A stretch of DNA of 64,000 nt from contig NW_004797404.1 in assembly GCF_000002075.1 (NCBI RefSeq), positions 3,356-67,355 of the forward strand, read 5' to 3'. This document shows, one piece after another, positions 36,301 through 48,500 of the stretch. The notes under the pieces are model-generated. The model was not told the origin of the DNA and did not search any database. It saw only the letters and a program-made list of their open reading frames with translations. Made by a program: the position numbers and the translations under genes. Within the stretch, counting starts at the first letter, position 1. Every line of letters starts with the position of its first letter. This stretch comes from Aplysia californica. Lineage: Eukaryota.

Positions 36301-39300
36301 CCTGGGCTCATGTCCATGTCCACCACCTCCGTGGACTCATCAGGTCCGCCTGGACCTCCTGATCGCATGCTACGGCCACCGCCCATGGACCGGCCCATCC
36401 CCATGTTGGAAGCCGAGCTGTTGGAGAGAGGGCCTTTGCCCAGAAGACCAGGGCCGCCCATTGAGTTCACAGGCATTTGGGGGGTTTTGAACGCTTGTGG
36501 GGGCTGTTGCATGCCCCGATCACCTTGCTGGGACGCTAGTTTGGCCTTCTCCAGTGCCGGCAGAAGGCTGGTGAGTTGTGCGAGGGGGGCCATGGAGGAG
36601 ATAGGCATGGAAGGTCTCATGTTAGGGTGAGTGGGGCCCCCAGAGTCCCTCTGTAAACCCTGGTGGGACATCGGAGGCATAGAGGGGGAAAAGGGCAGCC
36701 CTGGGCGAGGGGCATCCCCTGGGAACATGGGTCGAGCGTCTGGTGTAGGCAGGAGCCCTCGAGCATGGGGGCCTGTTGGCTGTCCTGGAGGAAAGCCTGC
36801 CGGCCTGTTGTTCTGATGCATCATGTTCTGAGGGGGCATGTTCCCACCGGGTCCTCCGCCCAGAGGCCAAGGGAATCGCTGGGGCCCACTGCCACCACCA
36901 CCTCCTGCCATGCCAGGGAATCTCATCATCCCTGGCATAGGTTGCTGTTGTTGCTGTTGCTGCGGAGGAGCGGGCGGGGGAGGCTGTGGCTGGAACATGT
37001 GGTTGACTAGTGGCATGTGAGGAGCAGGGGGGGCGCCCGGAAGTGGGGGAGCAAGGCCCTGAGAGGGAGGCCCACTCTCTGATAGGGCAGGACCTGGGGG
37101 AGGAGAAGGGCGCACCTCCTCGGGGGGCGGGTGGTTGGGGGGCACAGGGCCTGCGTCTTTGGGGGCTGAATTTGGTGCGGGGGCAGCAGCAGCGGGCGCA
37201 CTCACTTCGCGGTCCTCCGGCTCCTCTGTCGGATGAGCAGGGTCATAATCAGACTCATTGACAGTCTTCCGGGCACTGTCAGTCTGCCTGCGTACAGCAT
37301 CTGTGTGTTCATCTCGTGTTGGGGTTGCATCCCCATCCTCCTCTTCCTCCCGGCTTGCATCGTTGTCTGTGGGAGCTGGGTTTATTTGAATGAGGGCACT
37401 GCGGCGAGCATTTCCAGACAACTCTGGTGGGGGCGGTATGCTCTCACCATCCACAAGAGTGGTACTGTCGTCAACAGCATTAGCATGAGTGATATCTACC
37501 CTAGAAGGAGGGTCTTCTTCCTCGTCCAGATTGATGACGATTCTCTCTGGTTCAACCAAAATGACGTCGCTGGAAGCGCCCTCATCGGAACTGTCCTGGC
37601 TCTGGTAGCTGCGCCGCCCACCATGGGTTTTCTGACGCAGGCTACCACTGCTCGTGCTGGACGAAGATGAAGAGGAACTACTGCTACGGGCACGTTCATG
37701 TCTCTGGCGGCGATGAGAGCCACGGCCACTGCCTCGCTCCTCAGACTCACTGTCCTCATGTGTGCGAGCATGATGGCGCCGTCTGCGGGAACTGTCATCG
37801 CGATTTTCTTTATTGGAGCTCGCCCGCTCAGACCGTCGCCGTGGACTGCGTGACCGGGACGGAGATGCCCGACGCCTGCGCTCAGAGTCCCTCTCACGAC
37901 TGCGGTCACGATGCCTACGTTTAGATCGCTCTCTTTCCTTCTCCCGCTCCCTTTCCCGTTCTCTCTCTCGTTCTCGCTCTACAGACCTATCTCGAGACCT
38001 TGACCTATGTCTTCTATGTCGTGAGGATCTATCCCTTGACCGTGACCTCCTGACTCTCTCTGCTGACCCAGAGCGTCTCCTCCGCTCCTGAGACCTACTT
38101 CTGCTATGCCGACGCCTCCTCTCCTCCACTTCCACTCGACGACTCCTCTCTCTATCTCGGCCACTCTCCCTTTCTCTCCCAGCTTCTCTCTCCTTTTCCC
38201 GCTCTCTTTCCCGATCCCTGTGGCTCCTCTCCCTCTCCCGGTCTCCCCGAGCCCTCTCCCTCTCCCTGTCACGGGGTGTGCCATGTCGGTGTTCTTTCTC
38301 CCTGCGGACCTCGCGAGTGTCTCGACTCTCCTGCCTCCTATCCCTCGACTCCTGCCTCCTCTCCTCATGACGTCTACTGCGTCTGTGTTCCGACTCCTCC
38401 CCTCTCACCTCCTGGTTCAGGCTGCCATCAATGTGTTGGTCAAAGCTCTTCACCGAGTCCTCAGCCCCAGAGTCATGGCGCTTGCGGTAATTTTTCTCCA
38501 CCCTGTGAAAGTGCCGTTCCTCCTCCCCATGAAAAGAGTTTGGGTCTGGGTCAACATTCTCATCTATCTCCTCCCCTGCCTCATCCTGCACAAAAAAGCC
38601 GGCTAGGAAGGAGGGGAACTTTTGCGAGTCCTCATCTCCTTGACTCCCCTCCTCGATAGTGGCCACCTCTCGCCGGCTTTTCTTCTTCTTTCTCTCCTTT
38701 TTCTCTCTTTTCTTCCCTCCTTTCTTCTTGCTGCCATCAACCTCCACAATCTCCCCTGGCTCCCTCTGCTCCTCGGTGCCATGGTTAGCAGGGCCTAGGT
38801 CAAACACTTGCTCGTATGCCGACATTCTCTCCTCCTGGCTCTTGCTACGACCAAGCCCAGCCCCTTCAGTGTCCAGCTCCCCCTCTTCCCGACTCTCCAC
38901 ACTCTGCCGGTCACGTCTAATTTCCACAAACCTTTGGTCCTCTGCTTCCTTCTCCTGCTGCTTGGACAATCCTTTCTTACCCTGACCTTTTTTCAACTTT
39001 TTTCCTTTCTTTTTCAGCTTCTTTGAACCTAGTTTCTTCTTGGTTTTCTTTACTGGTTGCTCCACGTCATCCTCTATCTTCTCGGGGTCACTCTCTTCAC
39101 GGAATAAATCAACCAGTGCTTTCTCATTCCGGCTGTCAATCTCTTCCTGTCGACGCAACCTCTCTCTCTCTTCCGTGTCCACCTCCTCTAAGCGTTCGTC
39201 TCCACTTACGTTCTCCTCCATCTCCTGATCAAAACTTCTCCCCGTGAGTTTATCCTCTCCCTCTACAGATTCGCCACCCTGATCAAAGGGTTCCTTCTCC

Positions 39301-40970
39301 AAGACGAAGTCACTGTCATCAAAAGCAACATCAGGCACATCGCTGTATACCTCCTCCTCATTGTCCACCACCGAGGTCTGTGTGTTCTCATCCGTGTCCA
39401 GTGGGATGTCTTGACCCTTTTCAGGGCTGGGGCTGCCTGCTCGGCTGTCCTCCTTCTGTGCATCAGGACTGGGAACAGAGACTTCCCCCTGGTCTTCTTC
39501 CGGGCTGCAAGCCACCTCCTCCACATCTGGCCTCTCCTCTACTTCTGGGGGACTTTCCACATGCATCTCATTCCTCTGACCTTCCCCCTCCCTCTCACGC
39601 TCTTCATCCCTCTCACCTTCTTCCTCCACTCCCTCTTGGTTTTCTTCTTCCCCTTCCACTTTCCCATCCTCCTCCTCTTCCTCCTCCTCCACCGACTCCC
39701 CCTGCCCCAGGAGCAAAGACGTTTCGCTCAAGTCAGCAGTGATAGGAGACGAGCAGCCCTCAGGCATGTCAACCTGCTCGCCACCATTACTTAAATCTAC
39801 ATCCTCCTGAGACTCGCAACCTTGAGAGTCCCAGCGACCGTCTCCTTCCTCCTCTTCCTCTTTTTCTGCCCCATCACCCGTCGCCTCAGCAGCACACCCA
39901 TCATCATTATCCCCATTGTCTTCAAAGTTATTTTGATTCACATTATCTTCACCCGTTTCCTCCCCTTCTTCTTCTTGAGGTAGGTCTCCATCAGCATCCT
40001 GACCAGTTGCCTCAATGTCCTCCTCAGCCCCGTCCTCTCCACCAACATCCTCGCCATCCACATCTTTCTCCACAGAGTTGTCGACGACCTCCTCTTCTTC
40101 GTCACTGACCGTTGGCTCAGCAGGATCATAGTCAGAGACTTGTGCACTCCCCTTTCCTCCTTCCCCATCATCACACGGAGACTTGCCCCCGGCGTTGGGG
40201 CTGAACGCTTCCTCTGTGGGCTCTGATGGGTCATAGTCATCAGTGGGTTCTGACGGGTCATAGACAGACTGCTCTGGAACTTTCTCAACCCCTCGCTCTG
40301 GTACTGTGAAAGTTTTTTAAAAAAAAAATGGAAATAGCACAAACGAATAAAACTGAATTATCTATCTTTGCAAAGAATATTATAAAGATATAGTTTGTCA
40401 TACATACCTTCAAAATAAAGTAATTACTCTGGTCACTCACAAAACTAAACTCATAAAAGAATAAAACAGGCTAAATATGAGTAACACAACTGAGAAGAAC
40501 TTATACATCTACTAGACAGAATCTTTCTCCAGCTGTCACCTTACATTGTTCTGCCTCCTACTTCAAATAATTCAAATGCTAACAAATATCACATTTTATC
40601 ACTTCCCAACTGACCATAGGCATCTCATCAATATTGATTTCACGTTTGAACAAGAAATTATCAGATTTTCTAAACTCATAGAGATACTTCTTCAAAAATA
40701 CAAGTCCCAAACTCAAAGACTCCACATTTCATAATGCATATACAGTACATATGAGTTAAGTAGGCCTACAGTCCTAACCTAATCCTACATTTTCCATACC
40801 TGCATATAAGTTTTGTACAGTAAGTTTTGATTATAAATCTCGTAAACTAAAAAATGGTCCTCACCATTAGCATTTCCTGAAGGCTGCTTCATCTCTTCCT
40901 GTTTCGCTTCTAGATCAATCTCCATCCCGCCATCCTCATCCGAGGTGTCCCAGCCATACTCCATCATCAT
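33339..40970 (-). CDS. Gene A: SR-related CTD-associated factor (SCAF1/SCAF11/PHRF1 family) lacking RING/PHD, 4 coding exons, ~1597 aa
   Basis: Exons 40970-40865 ([18 protein letters not shown], donor GTGAGG, phase 1; exon acceptor at 41091), 40303-35991 (phase 1/0; ends [12 protein letters not shown]), 35614-35486 ([43 protein letters not shown]), 33584-33339 ([33 protein letters not shown]). Sum 4794 nt, in frame. The C-terminal domain is the conserved SRI-like CTD-binding domain of the family. Confidence 0.88.
34356..35097. mobile_element. piggyBac-type MITE
   Basis: TTAA|CCCTTTCGCACTTA .. TAAGTGCGAAACGG|TTAA (13/14 TIR match, TTAA TSD). Confidence 0.82.
35991..40303 (-). CDS. Gene A large exon (4313 bp): YDPxxPT repeats, acidic region, Lys tracts, RS/RE region, Pro/Gly/Met-rich region
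   Basis: ORF 35883..40073 stays open upstream to acceptor TTTCACAG at 40304; donor GTAAGG at 35990. Confidence 0.9.
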
Positions 40971-41937
40971 GAAGCACTACACACTACACACACGCGAGTG
41001 CACCAATGGCAAAGTGGTGAACACACTGTCTGGGAGGTGAATGCACACACGCGCACAACATTCACTCCTGCATGGCCTCAGCTCTTTTGTCTGTGGAGGT
41101 AAAAAAAGCATAATATTACAATATTTCTCAATGAACGGTACAAGTAACAAGAACAAGTAGTACAAGTGAGGGAAGAATAAGAAAATAAGTTCAAAACTCA
41201 GGCCTCTACATTTCATAACATACACAGTATATTCAAATACATAAAAAGTTAAAGACATAGCTTGAGCATGATAAAATCAGACAGCCTTTCTTAGTGGAAC
41301 CGGGAGCCCAGCAACTGCACTCAACATACAATGTGTGTCCTGACAAGTCTCTCTTGGTTAGATTATAAATCTACTTCCCAATAATCACATTCTAAACCAC
41401 TTAGGGGGCAGTTTGCTTCCACCCTGTCTGTAAAGGCCAACCCAAGCCTTCCCCCCCCCCCCCCCCAAAGTTATGCTTTCAAAATATGATCCTGCCATAG
41501 AGATCTAGCTTCTGTTTCTAGGGATTGGTGGAAGGTCTCTGACATTCTCTTTCCTGTAAAAGCCACCCTTTATTTGGATTTCATTACTGCTTTTTTCTAC
41601 AACTGACCTCACTACAATTTGACAAAAATATCAAAAGTTGACACTAATTTTAAGGGGATTGAAACTAACTCAAAGCAAGGAAATTTTATCCATCCCGGCC
41701 AAAAAACTGATATATCTGAAAGGTAATATTTATATCATCTCCACAACATATTTTGTTGGGGTGTTAGTATCAGAGCTGACCATACAACTTCGTAGCCTGA
41801 GATCAAACACTACATTCTCTTTCATGAGCATGAGCTGTCCCTCAGCGTTGTCAAGAGGGATTAAATGATACAAAGAAATTAGTTATTGGTCTGATTTGAA
41901 AAGTGCTATTCCTGGAAAAACAGGGAGTTTTTCACTA

Positions 41938-42692
41938 CAGAGGAGTCCACTTATAACTAGTCCTGAAACAACGAGAAGTCTATTATAAAGACACTATTCT
42001 AAAACCTCGTTTTTTCCCCTTCTTTATCTCTGTAAATAAAATACTGCTATGGCGCAATCAGACAAACATGCGATTCGGTTATAGCGGAATATTACTGCTG
42101 CTGTGCGAAGCCCATAGGCCACTTATACATAATGTAAAACCTCGCAAGTTGAGAAACTTGGTGAACTAGCGAAACCAAGAATGGGAGAGCCCACGTGTGC
42201 CAACAATGTAGGCCGGAGCGAATGAGTGAGGAGAGTGCGGAATGTGCAGACAAGCAGAAGGCATCGCATGATAGGCCAGCCTAGACTTGTTTATCTAGGC
42301 CTACCATGCCTCTCAATTTTCCGATGTAGGGATGGAGAGGTCACAGTAATTTGATGGAAGGAGCGAATGAGTCACGTGCGCAAGCAAGGTGGGGAACAAC
42401 ACAGCGGGCAAGTTAGCCTAGAGCCCTTTCTGATTGCCAACGCTGAGCTGTCAACATTGTTAGCGCTAGAGAAAGAAACCTGATTCGATTTTTGATCAAG
42501 TATGACCTAGAAGTCATGTTGAAACAAAATCGTCATCAGGGGAGATAACAAAAAGAAATAAACAGAACACCAAACTTACAGATTAGGCCTACTTTATTAT
42601 TTCCATGAATTTATTACTGGATCCCTTACGAGAATCCTGCTATAATGGACATTTCCCAGTCCCCTCCCTCTCGTTATAACAGGATTCCACTG
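41938..42692. mobile_element. pogo/Tigger-type MITE, copy 2
   Basis: TA|CAGAGGAGTCCACTTATAAC .. GTTATAACAGGATTCCACTG|TA; shared blocks such as GAATGGGAGAGCCCACGTGTGCCAACAAT and GCTAGAGAAAGAAACCTGATTCG. Confidence 0.85.
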
Positions 42693-44149
42693 TACCAGCT
42701 TATTTACACAAATTTTTCACATTGCTCTAAATCTAATGGAGAGCCAAAGGTGTTCATTTCAAGGCGCCAGAATGGTTGTTATTCCATTTTAAGGAGAGAA
42801 CCACAACTGGTGAAATTTTGGGGATAAAATTTCCGTATTTGAAAAGAGACTAATAAAAGTATTTGATAAATTACTAGAGTGATGTCAACTGATTTATACT
42901 TTGAAAAAATTACAATTTATGGTCTATGCCCCCACTGACACAATATCCCTTGAAAGGGCAACCAGAACTTAGAGGGGATAAAGAATCCAAAACAAAACTA
43001 AAAAGATCTTTGATAAGACAAACTCTACCTGGGGGGAATGGAACTCACGGCTTATATTTATAAAGAGAAAATAATTACAATTACATAATTATATCAGACA
43101 CCAAAGTCAGGCAAAAGACACCAGTACACACAAATACCCACCCCACCAGCCAAACTGAACGTTTATACCAAAAGCATGTAGACATTAAGAACATACTTTT
43201 CAGAATAAAGAAGACTTCTACAATTCTTCAATAGTATTTAAAGGACCACCAAAGTAAACATTTGTTTTGATAGTTACATGACAAAAGGGTAATATTTGGC
43301 CACCTGTAACAAATGCCACCTTGTCAGCCAGCCTCTAGACCCTAAACACAAAGTACTCAGTCTACAAAAGAAACATTAGACCACGTAAAGGACGGACAGG
43401 AGAGTCAAGGAAAGCCTGTGAACTAAAAAATCTCAAAAGAAAGAGCTGCAAAGCTGCCCTGACAACAAAAAAAACTGCATCTCCCCCTGACACTAAACAT
43501 CAAAAGAGGATGAAAAAGTAAACAAAAAAGTAAAAGTACGAAAAAAAAAGTCAAGAGTCAAGCACAAGAACTGACAACATTGCCTCATAAACAATTTTAC
43601 TGCAGAACCAGACAGCCTGCAAGTCAAAGTTTTCCAGTTCACAGGACTACCAAACACAAGTCAATATAGATGTCCCTTCTGCTTTTTATCACCCACACCC
43701 CAACCCCAGCCACATGAAGATATTGAGATTCCTCTGATTATAGAGCTCACGGTGACAAAGTACAGTAAAGCAGACTTGCTTTTGCTGAAACAATGAGCGA
43801 ACAAACATATTTAAGATTATTTTGAAGCATGTGAAGTAAAATAGACAAAGGAAAGGAAAAATTTTGAATACATTTAGATAAGAAGCCCAAAACTTCTGTG
43901 GAGTTTACATGTTCTAAAGCAACTGCAGCATGGCCTGCCAACCAAGAGAGCAGAAATGACATGATTCAACACTACACAGGATACCCATGGAAACTAACAA
44001 AGCATGGTAAACTAATTAGTTTTTCATCAATGGTTGCATAAGGAAGATCATATTGAAAATCCACAGGCCAGGCACCATAAGTAATGAAGTATTATGGAGG
44101 AGAAACCAACCAACAATCGACTGTGAGATCAAGGAGCACAAACTTGGGA

Positions 44150-44376
44150 AACCAACCCACAAAATGACAATATGACAAGACTAAGTCTAAAATGGAACCT
44201 CCTGGTAGGAGGAAGAGAGGAAGGCCCAGATCTACCTGGGAACAAGATCTGCAGGCAGATCCAAAATGGGGCACAGCTGGCTGGAGGTGGAGAAGATCGC
44301 CCACAACAAAGACAGGTGGAGAGCCCTCGGAGCAGCCTGTACCCAATACTAGGGTGAAAGGGGCGAATAATGAAGA
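44150..44376 (+). mobile_element. RTE/RTE-X LINE 3' fragment
   Basis: LKW..PGRRKRGRPRSTW motif typical of RTE C-termini. Confidence 0.6.
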
Positions 44377-45038
44377 CACAGGCTACCAGCCCCTCCCACA
44401 CCAAAGGGTGCTTTCCAGTAATAACATCAAAAGTCAGTTTTGACCCAGTAGGTGTGCCCCATCTGATCACACCTTGAACCGCAGACCTGCTGTAACCCTT
44501 CATCCAGCACAAAAGCTAGACCCCAAACAACAACTCCAAAACCTCCCTGATCAGGACCCGACCAATGGATGAGGCCAGTACAAACTACAATGAAGACACC
44601 ATGCTGGAGTTCACTGCTTGCGCAACTCACAGCAGGAAAACTTGTTTAAGTCAACATTAGTGTTAAAATTCTTACAGAAACAAAACAGAGAAGATACTTC
44701 AGACAGTCAGTCCTGCTTGTCAGAGGGTAAAACTCTGCAACTTGTTCCCTAATGCAGTAAAGCAGTACAGACCAATAATAATAACGGCAATCTATGATGA
44801 TTGTAAACCATCCCCTATAGAAATGCTATGGATAGAGGTTGTGAGATAAACATTTATATACAGACTTTAAAATCTCTTGATCTGCAACACAGCTTTCATT
44901 GCTTTTCTAGGGGTGTGTATGTGGGGTGTTGTAGGAATGAGGATAATTGTTGAGAGGTTGCATATCGTTCAGGTTACTATTCTCTCAGTTTTAAGACTAA
45001 CAGAGTATTACTGTGCATAATATTTAAAGAAATAGCCA

Positions 45039-45560
45039 GGGGGGCCCTGGTGGCCTAGAGGATAAGGTGTTGACCTATCATTGAAAGGTCCCGGGTTCGA
45101 ATCCCGGTGACGACCGAAATATTTTCTTATCTAAAATTGTCTCCTTTCCCCTTCTTTCCTGCTCTCTAGCAATGTTCTGTCATCTGCTTTCGTCTCCTCT
45201 TTCCGACCCCACCCCCTCACCTCCTTTGCCCCTCCTCTGGGCTCCTGACTCTTTCTGCAGCTTTTCTACCGCTACTCCTTGGCTCCTTCTTACTGCTGTC
45301 TTTTAGCCACATCCCTGATCTTCAGGTAGGAAAAATCTACACCTAGTAGCCTTCTCGGATGAGGGCGAAAAATCTTGGAGGGCCCGTGTGCAAGTGGAGC
45401 ATGTTGAAGATCCCTTAGTGGTCTAAAATCGAAAAGAGTGGGCTTCGGCCGCCACCCCAGGAAAATTCAAAATTTCCTACAAACTGCAAGTTTAATGTGT
45501 CCCGCGCACTCATATGACCTTATGCAGTTGCGAATGCCGTAAAACACCAAAAAAAATAAA
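45039..45560 (+). mobile_element. tRNA-derived SINE with Meta-like central domain, full length
   Basis: Box A TGGCCTAGAGG and box B GGTTCGAATCC; central GGCCCGTGTGCA..TGTTGAAGATCCC..TCGAAAAGAGTGGG; tail ATATGACC..GTTGCGAATGCCGTAAAAC + A-rich end; AAATAGC on both flanks (probable TSD). Confidence 0.8.
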
Positions 45561-48500
45561 AAATAGCTACAACTACAATACTGCCATTCACAACGGGACT
45601 ATGCAGTGCCTCCAAAACTTCAGTGTGGGCAGGAAAAACTATTTTGAAATAATGTCTTTGTGCAAGAAGTCCTAGAGATTGACATAAACGTATTCAAGAT
45701 TAATATCATATGCTCCATTGTACTGACCAAAAAAAAAACCCATGAAATTACGAAAACTGATTGAAAGTCGTCCCGAAATCCTGTAACAATACACGGCCTA
45801 AGAAGCAAAGACACAATATAATAATATATCCGGGTGGGAAATGCTGTTTCCCAAAAGGGTTAAAGGTTTTGTAAGGTTTAGCCTATTGAGATTGGCTACA
45901 AGACTGGAAAAGCATGAAAGACAGCTAAATGACACAACCTTTGAGGATTTATTCACATACAACAGATGTGTGAGACACTGTGCCTTACAAACTGCACCCG
46001 ATTCTCAGACTGCACCCTATTCTCAGACACCAACTCACACAAAATGTTCGTTTTGTCTAACTTTTTTGTTATGTTCCCCTCCACTGCTTGGACACTGACA
46101 GCTAAACAAAAGACATTGCGTGTTTCATGAACCAAAAACCCACTATACCAGTAGCCATTGAGAGCAAGATCTCGCATCAGCTTGTTGGCACAACCAACGG
46201 CAGACCACCTCAAAACATAATTTATTCAAGCCATCCTAAGAGACAACACGCTCAGCATTTAAAAACTTTTGAGGCTCACAGGGAAACACACAAACAGTAA
46301 TCTTAATGCTACCGCTGCCCCCCCCCCCAACCCCAAAATCAACATTATGTCTTGTGCCTAAAGCAGGCAAGTGCAACCCACACACACACATACACACACA
46401 CAAAAACACCTCCTCAAAAAAAAAAACGGTACTGCACACCAGAGTCCACAGCAGTTCTCTGCCCCGACTATGAGTACTACATTTTTTTTTACCCATTGAT
46501 GAGAAACATAAGAGCATGATATAGAGTATTTCCCATCCTTTCAGCCATAGAAGGCAAAAAAATGGTTAGATGGAATAGGTTTAACGCCCCTATCAACACT
46601 GTTCGGTTATTTAACTCTTTCCAGGCGTATCGCTGATATATCGGCGCGAGTCCACTCTCCTTGTGGACGTATCGGCTATGATAGGGTGCCTCGATATTGT
46701 TTCGTTTTAACACGATACGTTATTTATAAGTACGTATTATTGTTATTGAAAACTTGGAAAGGGTTTAGGAAATGAAAACGTCTACTTTCACTTTGTCAAA
46801 AGTGTCGGTTTGGCGAAAAACGAGAGAATTAATTTTTGCAGTGTTGCATTAACAAAATGACGTAATCTGACTCAGTAGAAATATCATAACTCAAACAAAA
46901 ATTGGAATATTGCTTTAAAATAAAAGGCTGCGTGTTCAGAAATTTATGGATTATGTTCTTGGCCTGTATAATGATAGATAGCTATGCTGATTTGCATTCA
47001 CATGTTTGGATAGTTACTCTTGAGTATAATTTTTTCGGTCAAAATTTATTTTCCTCATCATCATCACCCATTCTAACCCTTGTAATGCATGCTCATCTTC
47101 AAAATTAATCTCCGTTTCATGTTGGAATGTATTCCTCATTCAGTTTCCTTCAATTTGATACATCATATGTTACCCTTTGAGTGATGGTTAAGCTTATATA
47201 AAGTTTTTTTGTACATCACCGGCATTGCCACATCGAGCCACAAATTAATTTATTTCCGGAAAAGTTTAGTTAACAATTACAGTACTGAAGGCTCATACAG
47301 TGAAAAACCCTCAAGTACTGCACCAGTTTAGAATGTTGAAGCCGTGGCAGAAATTCTTTAAATTTAAACAAATCTTTGCAGCCCAAGGAACATGCTTTAA
47401 AATTTCTCAGAGTAGGTTAGTCAACCATTCAGCTATCATATAGAGCGACTTCCTTTGGTATTTACTTCAGTGCAATGTGTCCATTCGCTGTTTCAGTACG
47501 ATTAATGTGCCAGACAAGCGGTAGAGAGCGTTTATTAAGGACTGGCAACTAAAGCTACAAACGGTACTGTAAGTGTTAAGAAAGGACCAAGCCAAGTGGG
47601 AAATTCTATAAAATGCCTTTCCCAAGGACACAACATCTAGGACCGAGGAGAGGCTCGAATCCTCAAACACACAATTACCAGTACGGGAGCCTAACCACTA
47701 GGCTTCCGACACCACTACAGAAAGGCATGCCAGAGTCAATAAAACTCACTCTCCATAGGTGCATGAGGAGCTCATATTTTAAAAAGGAAGAAGTAAAACT
47801 GAAAAACACCCATGCAAATTTACACATTTTCACTGCAGCTTTCAAAATATAGGTTTGCCATCTTATATTTGTCGTTGAAAAGGAATTCCAACCTCCACTC
47901 CAGATTTACAGAACATTCTCATCCATTAATAAACCGAACAGTCTGAACAAGAAAGTTGTATTTCGCTTCATCCTTCAGTCAGCATGTTTTTCAGTTAAAT
48001 TTTTTTATTCTATTGCCGTCAGATCTATCCAACACTGTAACGTACCGAAAATCATTTCAGGTTTATGTGCCATTAACTATAAGTTAAAATAAAAATACAC
48101 AGCTCCATATTAGCACATTTTTTCCAGTTCTACAATTTTTCCAAACTCAAGCTCACAGTTGTAAAAGTCTACACTTAGTTAAACTAAACCACTTATCCCT
48201 CCTCTCCCTCCCCCTGTAAACTAAATAAGAAATGAATGCTCCAGTCAAACTATCCTGAACCGTAATCTAAACACTCACTAAAAAAAAGTATGGAATAATG
48301 ATCCTTTATCCTATACACACACAAAAATTATATCATTCCTACTCCTGGATTCTACCCCATCAGAATGAACAACTATTTATATTCGATCAAGTGGCTTCCC
48401 ACACCAGGAACAATAATTTTTGCCCAATAACTGGGCCAAGACAGACCAACTTAACATGATTTTTTTTTCCAACCAGCGTTAAACCTCCTTATAAACAAGC

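Noticed and set aside
12408-40303. Back- or trans-splicing from gene B donor 12408 to gene A acceptor 40303 (both phase 1) to rebuild a canonical PHRF1
   Set aside because: Gene B's own next exon completes the conserved RDG-SL motif and leads to its own SRI-like end; phase agreement alone is weak evidence.
25416-42692. Same MITE near the first coding exon of both genes as a relic of the gene duplication
   Set aside because: The MITE copies are far more similar than the genes, sit on different sides of the exons and have unrelated flanks; independent insertions.
45039-45115. tRNA gene (also 11106-11170)
   Set aside because: A/B boxes continue into SINE bodies and tails with no proper acceptor stem; these are SINE heads.
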